Positions 12,931-26,044 of a stretch of DNA of 64,000 bases are shown piece by piece. The stretch is from Takakia lepidozioides (taxonomy: Eukaryota > Plantae > Bryophyta): assembly GCA_030704615.1 (NCBI GenBank), contig CM060731.1:32488001-32552000 (forward strand), written 5' to 3'. The notes under the pieces are model-generated. The model searched no databases. It saw only the letters and a program-made list of their open reading frames with translations, and was not told the DNA's origin. A program made the position numbers and the translations under genes. Numbering within the stretch: position 1 is the first letter of the stretch; each line of letters begins with the position of its first letter.

Positions 12931-13570
12931 GGAGGGCTTCATCCGACATTTAATTGCGCAGTTGGGCAATAAATGTCCACCGCCGTCGGTTTTCACTCGG
13001 GCTGGCGACACATGGCTTCCTGGATACGTACCCTAAATCTCATGCTAATCTTGGCTTAACATGCTATTCGAGGCATGTACCCCAAAAACGGAGATCTTTT
13101 TCCATTTTGGCTGGGACTTATGCCGCCTGAAGGGCGTGGCATTCACTCAACTATCTAAAGTTCACTCATCCAGCAGCTCTGGAGAAGGCTGCTTGTGCAT
13201 GTCATTCTCAGGCAATGGTTGCATTTGTTCTCATTGTTGTTGCATGGCTCTCCATACTTCCTAAACTTGTTATGTTTTCATTTTTGTTACACGATTGTTG
13301 CTATGGTGGTTGCGCTGCTCGTTGCGATGCTGGTTTTTGCACCGATGTTGGTTTTCACGATTTTTGGGAATGACAGAGTGACGACGAGCCCGGCACGCTG
13401 GTGGTATCATTGACAGCTCCAACTCATCGCATGTTTGAATCGCCCAACTTGGGGCGAGAGGGCAAACTTAAACCTTTTGTTGGTGGACGGCAGGACTTGC
13501 AACGGGAGTACGACAGAATAGGCATTGGGGAGGTTGGTGCAGGCGGCATGCAGGTGAAGGGCGTGAGGAC

Positions 13571-15209
13571 ATGAGGACATCAGATCCGGCAATGGAGGTT
13601 GTTCATGCACATGCAGTAGGGCCCGCCCACGCAAGGAAAAAGAAGAAAGCTAAGCACATGCAATCCCCGGCGAGAGAGCCGTCACGGGCTGCGGAGGGGG
13701 GAGTGAGCAGTGCGCGCGAGGGTGTCAGTTCACCTCAATCAAAGGTGGTCGTCCTGGAGGGCTCCCCTGCTGCTAGCCCTAGTAAGAAACAGAAAGTCCG
13801 TGAGAGGGCAAAAGAGAGGGCAAAAGAACAGACGAGACAGAATGCTAGCCAGGAGGAAAGAGAAAAGGCCACTAAAGAGGCCAGGGGTGCCCAAATGACA
13901 GATGCCAATGTCAGCGAGGGACGCACAAAGACGGTGGATCCCTCCAAGACACCACAGAGAGGCAGTAACACACCGGTTAGACCATCGCGGGCAAGAGCAG
14001 CCCCTGCAATTACCCATACGGTGGAGAGTGGAGGAGAGGAAAGAACACCAGAAAGAGCACAGATTGTGCAAGTTCGAGGTGAAGCCAGGGAGAGGGCAGT
14101 AGAGACGGGGAGAGTGCTAGAGGTGGTTTCGCAGGTGGCTGACCCTGTTGAGGAGGACGATAGGGAGCTTTCTGACCAGGATGACATCCTCCCGGACATC
14201 CCCAGGCCCCAAACCCGGAGCATACAGGCTGGATCCCCAGGCAAACCGTGGCGGTACAGCCGGACCCGGAGCCCTGCTTTCATCCAAACCCTCATGGAGA
14301 CGTGCTCAGATGTCCAAGGGCGGATTCTGGACTTCACATGCGGCACGGGTAAGCCTTCACGTGCTCAGTTTGTCCCCTGGCCCGATTGCAATTGCATGCC
14401 GCAAGCTATTAACCGCCCGCTTTGTTCCTCAGGTGCTTCAATGTGGGCAGGGACGTTGTCCGACAGGCATGTGTTCGCCTTCGAGCCAGATACTGCCCTC
14501 CACAACTCGGAACTTGCAGCGGCTGAACGTCTGCCGAAAGAGGAAGAGGCATCCTCGGAGGATGAGGAAAAATCCGAGAAGGAGCAGGGGGAGGAAGTTG
14601 GGATCGAGGCCGAGGAGCCCCCGGTTTACGAGTGAGTGGTGGCATTGTAAGTTGCCTCCAGATTTCGTGAGGCACCTCCCTTCGCTCTCTTATTACCCTT
14701 TCTGCTTCTGCTGGTATTGACATTCTTGAAGTGGATTTGTTCTTACTGTAGGATGCCAAGTACGGTAGGAGGGACGTCTACACCGGAGTTCATGGGCAGG
14801 AGGAACGTGCTTTTTTTGCCAGGGGGGATTTCATGCCTAGTCCAGAAAGGGAGTACATCCTTCCTACTTATGCTGCCCGGCTTGCTTCGGTGTCCATTAG
14901 GAGGTGTTCCGAACCTAGTCGTGTACAGCAGATTTTAGACGAGGCAAGCCTCAAGAAAATGAAGATGAGGAGGAGGCAGCAGCTATTAGAGCCCGTCGGG
15001 CTCGTAGATTTGTCTTGGATTCTGCTGAGGAAAATGGGGGAGAAGACGCAGAAGATTCCCAGGAGGTGAGGTGGACAGTCCCCCAAGGAGAGGACGGGAT
15101 TTTTGAGAGGCATAGTGGAACTGATGCATCACAGAGCTCGGAGGATGAGGGGGATGAGGGGGATGAGGAAGAAGGTGGGGCAAGTTCCTCGGAGGGTGTA
15201 GGAGAGTAG
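13571..15209 (+). CDS. Spliced cargo gene of element 1: low-complexity N-terminus, C-terminal half of a beta-class N4C/N6A DNA methyltransferase-like domain, acidic tail
   Basis: Removing the 84-nt GT-AG intron 14349-14432 gives WRYSRTRSPAFIQTLMETCSDVQGRILDFTCGTGASMWAGTLSDRHVFAFEPD. This matches the N6_N4_Mtase C-terminal pattern (KP..L...i...s..gd.vLDpF.GsGtt..aa..lgR..ig.E.d). No DPPY/SPPY motif seen; start codon uncertain. Confidence 0.65.
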
Positions 15210-15664
15210 TGCCCATTCCGGCTATGACAGTTAGAACACACTTGTATAGACGTGGCTTGCCACAAAATTTGCAATAAAATGTTGCATTTCAAGTCCACTG
15301 GTGCCACATTCCAACTTCACATGACCCTATTTCCGTGCCTCCTAACCCTATTTCCGTGGACTCACAATGGTCTGCTCATGCTTTTTTTTTTTTCCGCTCA
15401 TGCTCATGCTGCTCATGAAATAGCAGCCCCCCCAAAAACTAAAAGATCTTATAGTAGACCAAGTCATTACAATGTGGCCTCTGTAGAAGCTCCATCCAGT
15501 TTTGTTTACAATCCCATTTGCACAATATGTTGAGTCTTATCGGAAAAGGGAAGGCTAGAATAGAGCAATAGTTCCCAACTCTTGCAGGGCCAAGGTAAGA
15601 GAGTACCCGCATGTGTTTAAGAAAACCAGGTCCAAAAAGATTTTTAACTTTCCCATAGCGGCAT

Positions 15665-15911
15665 AGGGCACATCGCATAGTTCAAGTGCATCTTCAGCAT
15701 GCCCTTGCTTAGCTAATCCTGCAATCATTGCAGTCCAGGAGATAACATTCCATTTATGAATTTTATTGAGCACTTGGTTTGCCTCCATAACACTCCCACA
15801 CTTGCAATACAAACTGAGAAGGGTGTTTCCTAGAGACATGCTTAGCTCAAATCTGCTTTTGATGATGTAGGATCTGCTTTTGATCATGCTTAGCTCAAAT
15901 GCGGAGTTCAC
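15665..15911 (-). pseudogene. PLS-type PPR fragment
   Basis: LGNTLLSLYCKCGSVMEANQVLNKIHKWNVISWTAMIAGLAKQGHAEDALEL; isolated fragment. Confidence 0.85.
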
Positions 15912-18366
15912 ATGCTGCTAATGGTGATAATCCCCATTGAACAAATGCCCCCTTCTATAGCTAATAACAGTTAAATTCAGATCAAGACTTGAACAGGGGT
16001 AGGGGGGTAATGGCAGCAGTAATTGGGGCTCAAACAAGAGTGTAAGTCCAAATGCTCCCAAAGTGTCTCCATGATGAAACTTTCAACTTTCTATCAAATA
16101 TTTAGCAAAGTGGCACAGGTACCTTAGGGGTATATTCTCAACTACTCATGTTCCTGAAACTTCAATGCCTACATTTTAGTATAATCCGTCCAGCAGATAT
16201 CTGACAGCCATGCAGAGGCTTACGGAACAATGGCTGCATCCACAAAACTTCTACAACGTTCTGTATTTGATACAATTCTACAGCCAATCTACCAGAAAAT
16301 GCTGCACAAATTGCAAAACAATACCCTGCATGTACTCTTTCTTGTAGTTTGGGGAGAGGTGAGACCGAGGTATGAGCGAGTGAGGAAGATTAGGAGATTC
16401 CATTTGCAATGCTGGATGTGCAATATACTTGCAAAGAATATGCCTCCCTTGGGGGTCGAGACCTGGTAGGATTCCTGCTCTCCTCAACAACAAAGTGCTC
16501 CCATGCCTGATTGATGGGCCTCAGAATGAAGGAGTGTTGTTCTCCTGGGCACCCTGTCAAAATCTCCACTCCAATTGGTATTCTGAGATGAAAGATAAGT
16601 ATGACAAAGAGAACAAAAAACCACAAACAATTCTGACATTGCCAGGTCGCATGAATGGAGGAACATTTAGTTGAAGCCCAAGAAAACTGATAGAGAAGGT
16701 ATAAAGGCTAGTCAGTTGTTGCAAGTGCATGAATGTACAAAAAGAACGAAAAAGAGGGAGAGAGTGGGAAAACTAACCTAAGAGCAAGACCTGGCAAACT
16801 GTGATCCTCTCCAACCTCAACACAAGCAATAGGAGCAGACAAAGGTGGGCTGCCAGGGGCTGCAGACTGGCACACAATGTTGACAGAATCCACGTACATG
16901 ACTACATTTGTTGTTACACCTGTAGCTAGAAGTATATTCTGCTCTCAGTCACAGGCCCCACAAAAATCTAGGTTGCTTAGTAACTTTACAAGGGACTGCA
17001 AGGAAGAGAGCAGTACTTGTTAAGCTTGGCTTGGGGTACCCTAGAGAGAGGGAGTGAGGGAGAGACAACAACAACAGACATGTAGGGCAAATGGAAATAT
17101 ACAGCAAACAACAGACAAGAGGGAGACCAGATAAGGAAGAGAGGCACCTCAACAAAGACACATATGAGATCCTGGGTGTTGCAATTTGCAAAATAAGATT
17201 CCAATCTAATGGGTTGCAGGATGGCCAACTTGCGCTTCCATCGCTTCCCAGGAACATAGGGCCATTGCAGCCCACAGTGAGCAGAGAATCGCTGGGACTC
17301 CAGGACAGCCCCCCTGAAGGAGAGAAGCCCCTCACTTCCATGCCATTGTCAAGACCTATGATGACCTGCCCAATGAAGAAGCGCATCCACCATGAATTCT
17401 TATGGGATGCTTCAATAAATTACAAGTGAACTGGCAATACACAAGTGCCTAGCTTCTAACCATGGTAGCTTCTATACAAAAATCAGGGAATTACTACACA
17501 ACCTTCATTCCAAACCTGTACCAGCATGCATTGGATACACACCGTGTCTGAACAGTTACTCTGATAGTCACCCTTCATTACTTTTCAATATGACATATCA
17601 CACAAACAACAGCCTTCCATTTGTTTTACCCAAAAATGAAAGAAAGCAACATAATGAGGATGTACCGCAACATCTCCATTTCCCAAAGAACGACATGCTA
17701 TGGCTTCCCTAGCACCATCTGATTCCTCTTCGTCTGAGGACCCAATATGTGTCAGTCCCTCCCAACTCCGGTGCCTCCCAGAATGCTCAACCCCCTTACT
17801 TCCAATACGAACCAAAAAGTTAGAGTTCTTGAAGCTCTCTAGCAGCATTAAATTTCTCTTTCTGTGGCCCTCAGATTGAACAAGCTGCTCATTTGATGAC
17901 AACCTTGCAGTTGTTGCAACCAGATTCCCTCCCTGTGTTGTGGTAAATCCCTTCCCTTTCAGATACTGTGGGAATCTGGCCCCTCCGTCTGCTAACTGAG
18001 CCAACTCAAAGTCAAATTGTTTCCTCACCTATGTTGTGTCATCCCACCTGCCAGCTGCGGCATATTGAGAGGCTTTACTGTAGACATAGACACTGAAAGC
18101 ACACAAACACAAACAGACATACACACACAGACACAACCAAACAAAAAAGGGGCTGGAGGAACAAATGAAGAAGACAGATAATGAGGTTGGGGGCCAGAAG
18201 AGCAAAACCTGCAAATCCCTTGTGGATCTCTTGCTCCTTGTGCAAGGTGGAAATAAAATATAGGTGAAGCCGGCGACCTTGAACTCTGGTGCAAGATCTA
18301 TCATTCTTTCATAAAACGTTCTCCCATCGACTTGGAGGTGGGATTTCAATCCTCGTACTTCCAATC

Positions 18367-21300
18367 TCAAAACTTGAATGTATTGACAAAAAAATGTCCA
18401 TCTTTCAGAAAATTTGGCACCAAGTGGACAGCCCGTAGGATGTGACTTGTGCCCATGACCGTGTAGATAACTGTGCTCGGCCATTGCAACTCTGGACATT
18501 GTACTAATTGATTGGTAACATTTGCAGAAACATTTCGATACATGCGCAAGAAAGCAAGGTCTTTAGAAACTATCTCATTGTTGAGTGTCACAAAGCTTGC
18601 TTGAAAGAAGAGGCGTACTTGCCCATAGTGTGTTCTCTCTTCTTCCCCTGTTGTTTCCATTTGCAATGCAACATTGCTGAACCATGCCCCACCATGAAAG
18701 TTAGAAGTAGCCCTCCCATACATAGGCCCGCAAACCATTCAGTTGCTCCCATAGGTATGGCTAGAGAATTGTAAATCTTGAGAACCTGCTCTTCAACAAA
18801 CACACACTTCGATCAGCATACTGCAAAAGACTCAACAACTATGATTTACTTAAAACGTGCATGGATTGAAGCCAAAAAAGGCTAGCATCATACCTCATAA
18901 ATCCTTGTGAAATCTGTCTGGGAAAAATAGTTCTCAAGAGCATCCAAAAGCCTCTGCATGATCTCTGGTTGTTGTGAGAGAATCTCTTGCAACCGTTTGG
19001 GATAACAAACATTTGAATGTGATCCAGTCTCTGATTCGGAAGAAGACAGCTAGGACAATCGTAGGTTGGCCTTAGCTCCTACTAGTACATTCATTCCGCT
19101 TTGCACTGCCTGTGAATACCACCATTATACTACCTCATCAATCAACAAGAAGCGATGTCCATCTGACTTAGAACCTTCATCCACAAAATTTGAAATTTGA
19201 GTGTGGGACACAAGAAACCAAATAAAACTTGAAAGCATAAGGTTCAAATTGTACCATATCTAGTGCTGTGACCTTCTCAAAGGAAGGAGGAGACCCTTCC
19301 AAATCTTTAGCACCCTCTCGAAGAGCTTGAAGTCGTTGGTTATGTTTGACAATGTAACTTGAAAAATCTTTGCGGTTGCTTCCTCTGTACGCAGTCTTCA
19401 TGAGCACTATGTGCAGATGCTCGTACATGTTTGAGCTGTACTCAAAAGGTGCCCCGGATCTTCGGATGGCATCGGCAAAATGATCATTGCATGCACTTTG
19501 ACCAGGTTAAAGTCGGATTTCTGCCACGTTGAGGAAGTAACCTTGAATGTATTGATTGCTCTGACTCCACATACAACATCCAACACGAGTTCAGTGAGGC
19601 ACATGATATATACGACTTGCTTACCAGTAAAAGTTCAATTCAATGTTTGCTCAAGAAGGATGTCCCAGTGTATAGTTATGAAATTCTTACTCCAGCATCA
19701 ACGAATCCATTCGTGCAAGTGTCATGATGTTCTTTGGTGCGACAAGCAGCCTCATACCACCGCAAATATTTTGCAACCGCTCCCACAATGTCCGGAGAAA
19801 AGAGACCCACCATAGAAAGTACAATAACCTGCAATTTGAGGTCACAATGTCATGAGGAATTTCTTATGCACTTCAGGTACTTGAGTCACTTGCAAACATG
19901 GAATGAGAAATTACCTGCATAACAGAGCGATGTTCGAACGCAGCAAAATTTGCATTTGAGGAGAAGTATCCTCCTTTGTCAGTGCCTGGCACCCTGAATT
20001 CTGAAAATCTAGATACACGCTTGATTGCCAAAAGCCGTTGATCCAACTCCAAGAGGATCTTTTGTCGTGGCACGGACATTGCAATGTTTCGTAGAATGTC
20101 CACTAAAGTTTTGAAAACCCCCAAGTCCGATTGGTGGAGCATGTCCACATTGACTGCTCTGTAGGGATTCCCGAACTCTGTGTCGCCCCCATTAAAACCC
20201 CACAAAGCACACTGCAGATAACATACCAGAACTAGTAGTCAAAGATTATGTCAGCAAGTACTTGCACGTATGCGCCCACTGTCAAGAAGACAAACAAAAT
20301 ATCACATATATTTGAATTCAGTAATGCTTATCATGTGTTAGTAAGCAATTCAAAGATAATTTAAGAGTGAGTTACCAACCTTGACAGGATGCAACGAATG
20401 TTTTCTGGACAAGTCCTTGGCAGCTTGCTTTGATGCTTTGAGCATCCGTTCCACAACCCTTTTCATTCCAACTTCAGTTCGATATGGGAACTTCTCTCCA
20501 ACTTCCCTTAGCATTTCCTTAGGGCAAAGGCACATACTGCAAGGTAGTTGACACTGGTTTGTGTCGTAAGTTGCAGTGACATGTCCAAAACAAGATACTC
20601 ATTAGACAAGAATGTTGCAAGAAACCTCCCAAAACCTAATTAGGTCATATGTTTATATCATTTCACCTTGCATCCTTCGGGATGATCGCAAATGTACGCA
20701 TAAAGAAGTGGAAATACCCACTGCTCATTGCCGAAAGGGTCTGATAAAGCTATGCCACTGCAAACAAAGGCAAAAAGTTAGAAATGGAGTTTCTCAATTG
20801 ATTATTGCTCATACAAACATTCAACATTCAACATTTAGTGGAAATGAAAGATTGGTGATGATTTAACCTATAACTAGCTTTCTTTAGTGGCTCCAAGATG
20901 TGGCTGAGGCATTCATGAGAAATCTGTAGCCTTCGTTCGTGTGACACCTCAGATGACGAAAAAATAGGTAGAACTGCAAGTAACAAATGTCCCTCGTCCA
21001 TATATCTATTTTCGCATGCAATGTTTCCAATCGTCATAACAAGTGGATAGCCAGACACCCTTCCATCGTTGGATAAAGTTGTTTGATCACTAAAAGATCA
21101 ATGGTGCTACCACTGCTCCATCACATTTAATGTGTTCCTGCATTATGGACAAAAAAGATGTGAAGATCTAGCTCACAAGGTATTGGTGAAGAACTAAGGG
21201 GAGTTTGTCATCATACAAGAAGAGTGGCTGGTCTTCAAGCAACAAGTTGGATTCAGAATGAGTCAAACAATCTCCATTAAGCTAAGGGATTGGACAATTT

Positions 21301-21965
21301 ATGTGATATACCACTCCCATTGACAAACATACCTGCATTGTTTGTTACCATCGGCCAGTGTCGGGTGTAGAGAATCCCGAGTCATGGCGTACTATCCTTG
21401 GAGCCATTTGAAAGCCCTCTGCAACTTGTGGGGGCGAGAAAAGAGACGCTAGAGCCTCAAGAGGATCTCGATAGTACATTCTTTGTCCAATATCTCCGTC
21501 CTCGATATGCACCGCGTGCTCAAACCAACCATCCTCTTTTTTGAATAGTGTTTCCTCGTATTTTTCTATGTCAGACCTCACAATAACCTCCTCCAGTTTG
21601 AATGAGGGATGGAACAAAACCTGGCTAAAGAGTGAATTGATATCCTTGATTGACAATCCTGTCTTGTTTTTGCAATTTCTGATCCAATGCACAAGAGAGA
21701 ACGTGGGATTGTATTGGGGGGCGGGAACTTCTTCAATGGGCGGTGACAAATATTCAAGCTCTTCAAGAAGGTCATGACTAGTACCAGAAGGTTGGTCAAG
21801 TGGTATGAAAGACCTATGGTGAGCCCTTGCTAAGTCAATAGCCGGCCTCTTCTCTCTCACAAGCTCATGGGATCGACAGGCTATGCTTTTTTGGTGTGCC
21901 ATTAGTGCAGATTTGTGAGCAAAGTTGATGGCTCCACATCGGGAGCAATTAAAGGGGCCCTGCAT
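18367..21965 (-). pseudogene. Multi-exon Plavaka-type transposase with N-terminal zinc finger
   Basis: CSRC..HQKSIAC finger; SDQTTLS..GYPLVMTIGN; ICDHPEG..CSMC; VDMLHQSDLGVFK; KVHAM..YEHLHIVLMKTAYRGSN; C-terminal RAVHLVPNF..FFVN. Many short GT-AG introns, a stop at 21345 and a frameshift near 19480. Confidence 0.75.
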
Positions 21966-22189
21966 AATCCCTAGCCAAACCCTATTCCAGGTCCAATTTG
22001 TATGAAAGACACGTAAATACAGCCTCAAGACAGAACTATCCCCCCATGGTATAGGCTGTTCCCAACCTCCCAACCAGCTGGGGTGGAGCACCCCTCTCTT
22101 ATTCAAACTTCTATATGGACCACACTCCTTGCTTCTATCAACACCTTGGTTCACTGGAGCTCAGACTAATATATTACAAAGACGTGCAG

Positions 22190-25100
22190 TGTGTTAGTCA
22201 GAAAAGGGTGCCGCCTCATAGAAGGAAGGAGGGTTAGTATGTACAGACGGAGCCAATTGAATGGAGTGATCAAAATCTCCCAGTGCCTGCAGTGCTCCAA
22301 TCTGCCCTGCGAGCAAGGGGGGTGCTACATGGTAAGCTGGCATTCAGACTTAAAGAGACTTCAATCAGGTCTTCTTTTCCTGGGATAGTAGACATGTAAA
22401 GAGGCTCCCTGCTCTGAATACAAATATGTCACTGTAAAAGGTCTGGTGGAAAACTATTAAATTGTTCCAAAATTGAGATCCACCCCTTCCGGTAGGTGTC
22501 AAAAGGAACTCACAGCAGAGGACTTTCCCTGCCTGGATCTCTTCCTGTGCATACTCGTTTGTATCACATGTATTTCCACCCAAACTCAAATCTAGACAGA
22601 AGACTACTGAATAGACATTTTTGACAACAAAAGCCTGACGTTTTGGGTTATGATGACAGTAAAGAAAGGCTGACCTGGCGACTGCGAGTGTTTTCGCGGT
22701 TACCCCATGCTCTTGCCACAATGTCTGGAACCCACTGCTCAGCATCAGCCTTTTGGTACAAGTTGTCAATTACCTCCGTCCACAACCTCTCCTCCTCTTC
22801 AACTTGCAGAAAAACACTATGTTATCACAGAAAGAGTACATATGCGAGGGAGTTCGACTTCCAACGAACAGTTCCTACACACATTGCAAGCTATTGCACT
22901 AAAAATCCGCTATGAATTTGAATTTAAGCTCGTCACAACGTGATCAACATTGCCAGCCTGAGTGGGAATGAGCGACCAGGCGCTGTAGGGACGTCTCTAC
23001 TGCATTATCTCGTCCAAAAACTGTCCATTCAATGCTAATCGATGTTAGTGGAAAGTGATGTTGAATCTACGCAAGCGCAACTTACACAGACGTAACAACA
23101 TAGGCTTAGTTTAGTATCTACACATTGCATTGATTCAATATAGAATTAGTAACTATCCATTTTAAACTGCTACAATACATATGATATTCTAATTTAATTG
23201 TTAGGTTGATTTTACATTGTGCCACTCTTGAATTGGCTATGTTGTAGGTGAAATGTTGAAACTAGATTGAATTAGTGTTGATCTTATAATCAAGGATCCC
23301 TTGCTTTGTTAGCATTGCATCATCAATAATTGAATATACATAAATACGACGACATTAAAATAAATATTTAATTTTGTTTTTTATAATGATTGAGACTACG
23401 TAGCTTTAACTACGATTCAAGTAGCCAGCAAGTTTCAGATGCTAAGGTCCATGGTCCATGCCTCAGGAAAAATCATAAAGATGGCAAATCACCTTGGTCA
23501 ACAGCCATTTACTTGCAATTTTTTGTTGTGGAGTTGAAAAATCCACCATACATTTTGTTATAATCTGCCAATTCTGACTGTCAATTCTTCCAGAATTTTG
23601 TGAGTGGGTGGATGTACTAGGTAGCTAAATGTTGGTAAGGTTCATTTCTGTGGATGAATCTTCACTGGCAGATACAGCCTCATCCACAAGACTAGGTCCT
23701 GTTTTGGGGTGACCCACTTATTAGGGGTTTAAGTTTATACGGCCTAAAAAAAGGTTGAATATTCCACGTTACAACTCGCAAAACAATTATGGATCTTGCA
23801 ATCCATACGGTGGAACTCTGTGAGATTGTATGTGCATGTAGATGCTCTGGTTTGCCACATAATCCAACGGTTCACTGCCATAGATCAAAGAATTTACAAA
23901 GATATGGCCAAAAAGGTAACCTTGGATCATGAGCATGCAGATGACATTAGGGTTGTACTTAACTGTTGTGCTCTGCACACACTATGTTCCAGCTGTGTTC
24001 CACTTGGCACTCGAATCTCTCTTATAGCACAAGCAATTGCAACCCTAGTTTCTACAGAAATGCATACATTGACACTTGTGGAGGGGGTGAGGAAAAATGT
24101 GTGTCTGATGTGCCAGATTCACCAAGCAACACGACTCTCACACTTCCTGCTTGACAGTATGGAACACCATGGCAGCAACATTTCAAGGTGAAGAAGTAAC
24201 TAGAGCAGGGGTGGAGGAAGTGGGAGAAACAAGAGGGTCTGACGACGCTAAATTCTTCCATGTATAAGATCATGTCTCCGAGAAGGTTGAGGCTGATATG
24301 GAAGGTGCATGAATCCACCGGTGCGTCACACCGATGCCGATCCAAGCAGAGGCGGGTGCGAATATGAATCACATTCATCAACGTACACATGGTATGTCTG
24401 CCTGTATCCATTCCCTGTGTTGACCCCAAAAAATTGATGCCAATAGGTGCCCTTAGGGGGGCATAGTCTCATGGGAGACTAGCCCCAGGAGCTCATTATT
24501 GGGAGTCAAGCCACTAGGGTCTACACAAAAGATCCAGGTCCAACCTTATAGATAGAAAAGGAAGCTTCAATTCCAGAGAGACACACCTGGACTTGTTCAG
24601 GTGGACGCCGCATTCGTTGCAAAGCAATCGGAACTGCAAGGACTCCCTTGGGAGAGAAATGACCGACCCTTCCAGACGTTGCATGCCATTGTTGGCTGGG
24701 TGAAAATCCTTGGGAAGGTGGATGAGCGTCGGAATGCTTTCCACTGCAGATTTGCCTAACTTCTGCCTCAGCAAACTTCGGATTTAATCTGTTCTGATTC
24801 GGCGGATGCAGGTATTTCCCATCATGTTGCTGCAATGAAACTTCAGATGATGATTCATGCTGTGATGCCAGAGCGTGAGAAAGGGAGATAGATAGAAAGT
24901 TCTCCACACACATGTGCTAATGTACATGAAGTGCTGTTAGATGTACAATAAACGTGAATACGGTTAACTGAAAGCACTGTTTCTTTATTGAAGTAAACAG
25001 ACAAATGCTACTCAGTAGGTATCGACAAGACGTGGCTTCAAATTAGCTGGAGCAGCACACGTGTCCTTACCACAAGGACCACTTCAAGTCCAATACAAGG

Positions 25101-25914
25101 AATTAAGAATAGACACGCCATTGATGAATTGAACTCACCGCCACTCTTTGTTCTGAATATTCTGCCAGCTTTCTCACCACCAATGAAGAAATCTCACCCG
25201 TGTTTGAAAGCTGGGAGTGTCTTGCTCCACCCAGGCATACCATCTGTCAACTTGAAACAAGAAAGGTGAGCCTGTAACTACAATTAGGAGTCCCTACATA
25301 TTGGCTGCAATACCTATTATTCTTCAAACCCCAAGGAACCATCTCAATCAATGCACAGTCAAGTCCTTCCTAGACTAAATATTGAAAATCCGGTTTCACG
25401 GTTTCTCCTGGTGGACGACGACTGTTACCCAATCTTCACCATATGCAAGTCTCAAAATGAGGTTTTTCCGGTTGTTTAAATCTGGCCATGCAGGCTCCTG
25501 CATATGGTTACAGGAGAAATGTTCCCTTATGCTAGTGGCTTTAGGCTTGATGGGGAGTCTAAAGTCTGTGAGTCTGGAAACAACAACAAGTACGTAGATG
25601 GAAAAATTGTTGATGAGGCCAACCGGCCCTATGGTGAACCCTACAGATGTCGGGGGCCCATTTCCTAGGGATTCCTGCAAATCTCCAATGCAAAAAGACA
25701 CTCTGGGTTGCCGCATCTCAAGAAATGTACCCAAGAGAGAGCGAGAAAGTGAAAGAAATGAAATGACACTTTGTAATGTCGGAAGCTCAAAGGGTTTAGG
25801 GGACAAGATGTAACGTCTCATGCAGATATGTTGCCAAGCACTCTTAGTGGAACACCTCTGCAACGGATTCTCTATTTCGGAATAATCACATTCTTTAGGT
25901 GGATTGCCTATCAC
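22190..25914 (-). other. Possible additional minus-strand multi-exon ORFs upstream of the Plavaka transposase (unidentified)
   Basis: Exon-like blocks bounded by AG/GT, e.g. EEERLWTEVIDNLYQKADAEQWVPDIVARAWGNRENTRSRQ|GT at ~22800-22675. No recognisable domain. Confidence 0.3.
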
Positions 25915-26044
25915 TCTGGGGGAACTAGTGGAGTGCTGGGACTGACCAGGTTCGAAAGATGGACAATCTTTCTTTAAGGGTTGTGGGAAGATTGCATGAG
26001 AGTGGTTCTAATCTTTCTGCATGGTTATGACTACATGGACGCAG

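Larger units (their letters stand above)
6316..15431. mobile_element. Full-length Mutator-like (GCM-domain) DNA transposon, element 1
   Basis: Imperfect TIRs: left GAGGTTTGTTATTTCATGAGCATGAGCGG, right reverse complement GGGGGCTGCTATTTCATGAGCAGCATGAGCATGAGCGG. Direct repeat CCAAAAAC at 6308-6315 and 15432-15439. Contains a transposase and a divergent second gene. Confidence 0.85.

Noticed and set aside
16100-16145. Missing REV7 first exon (YLRGIF motif)
   Set aside because: The surrounding residues do not match the REV7 N-terminal helix and no suitable splice donor follows.
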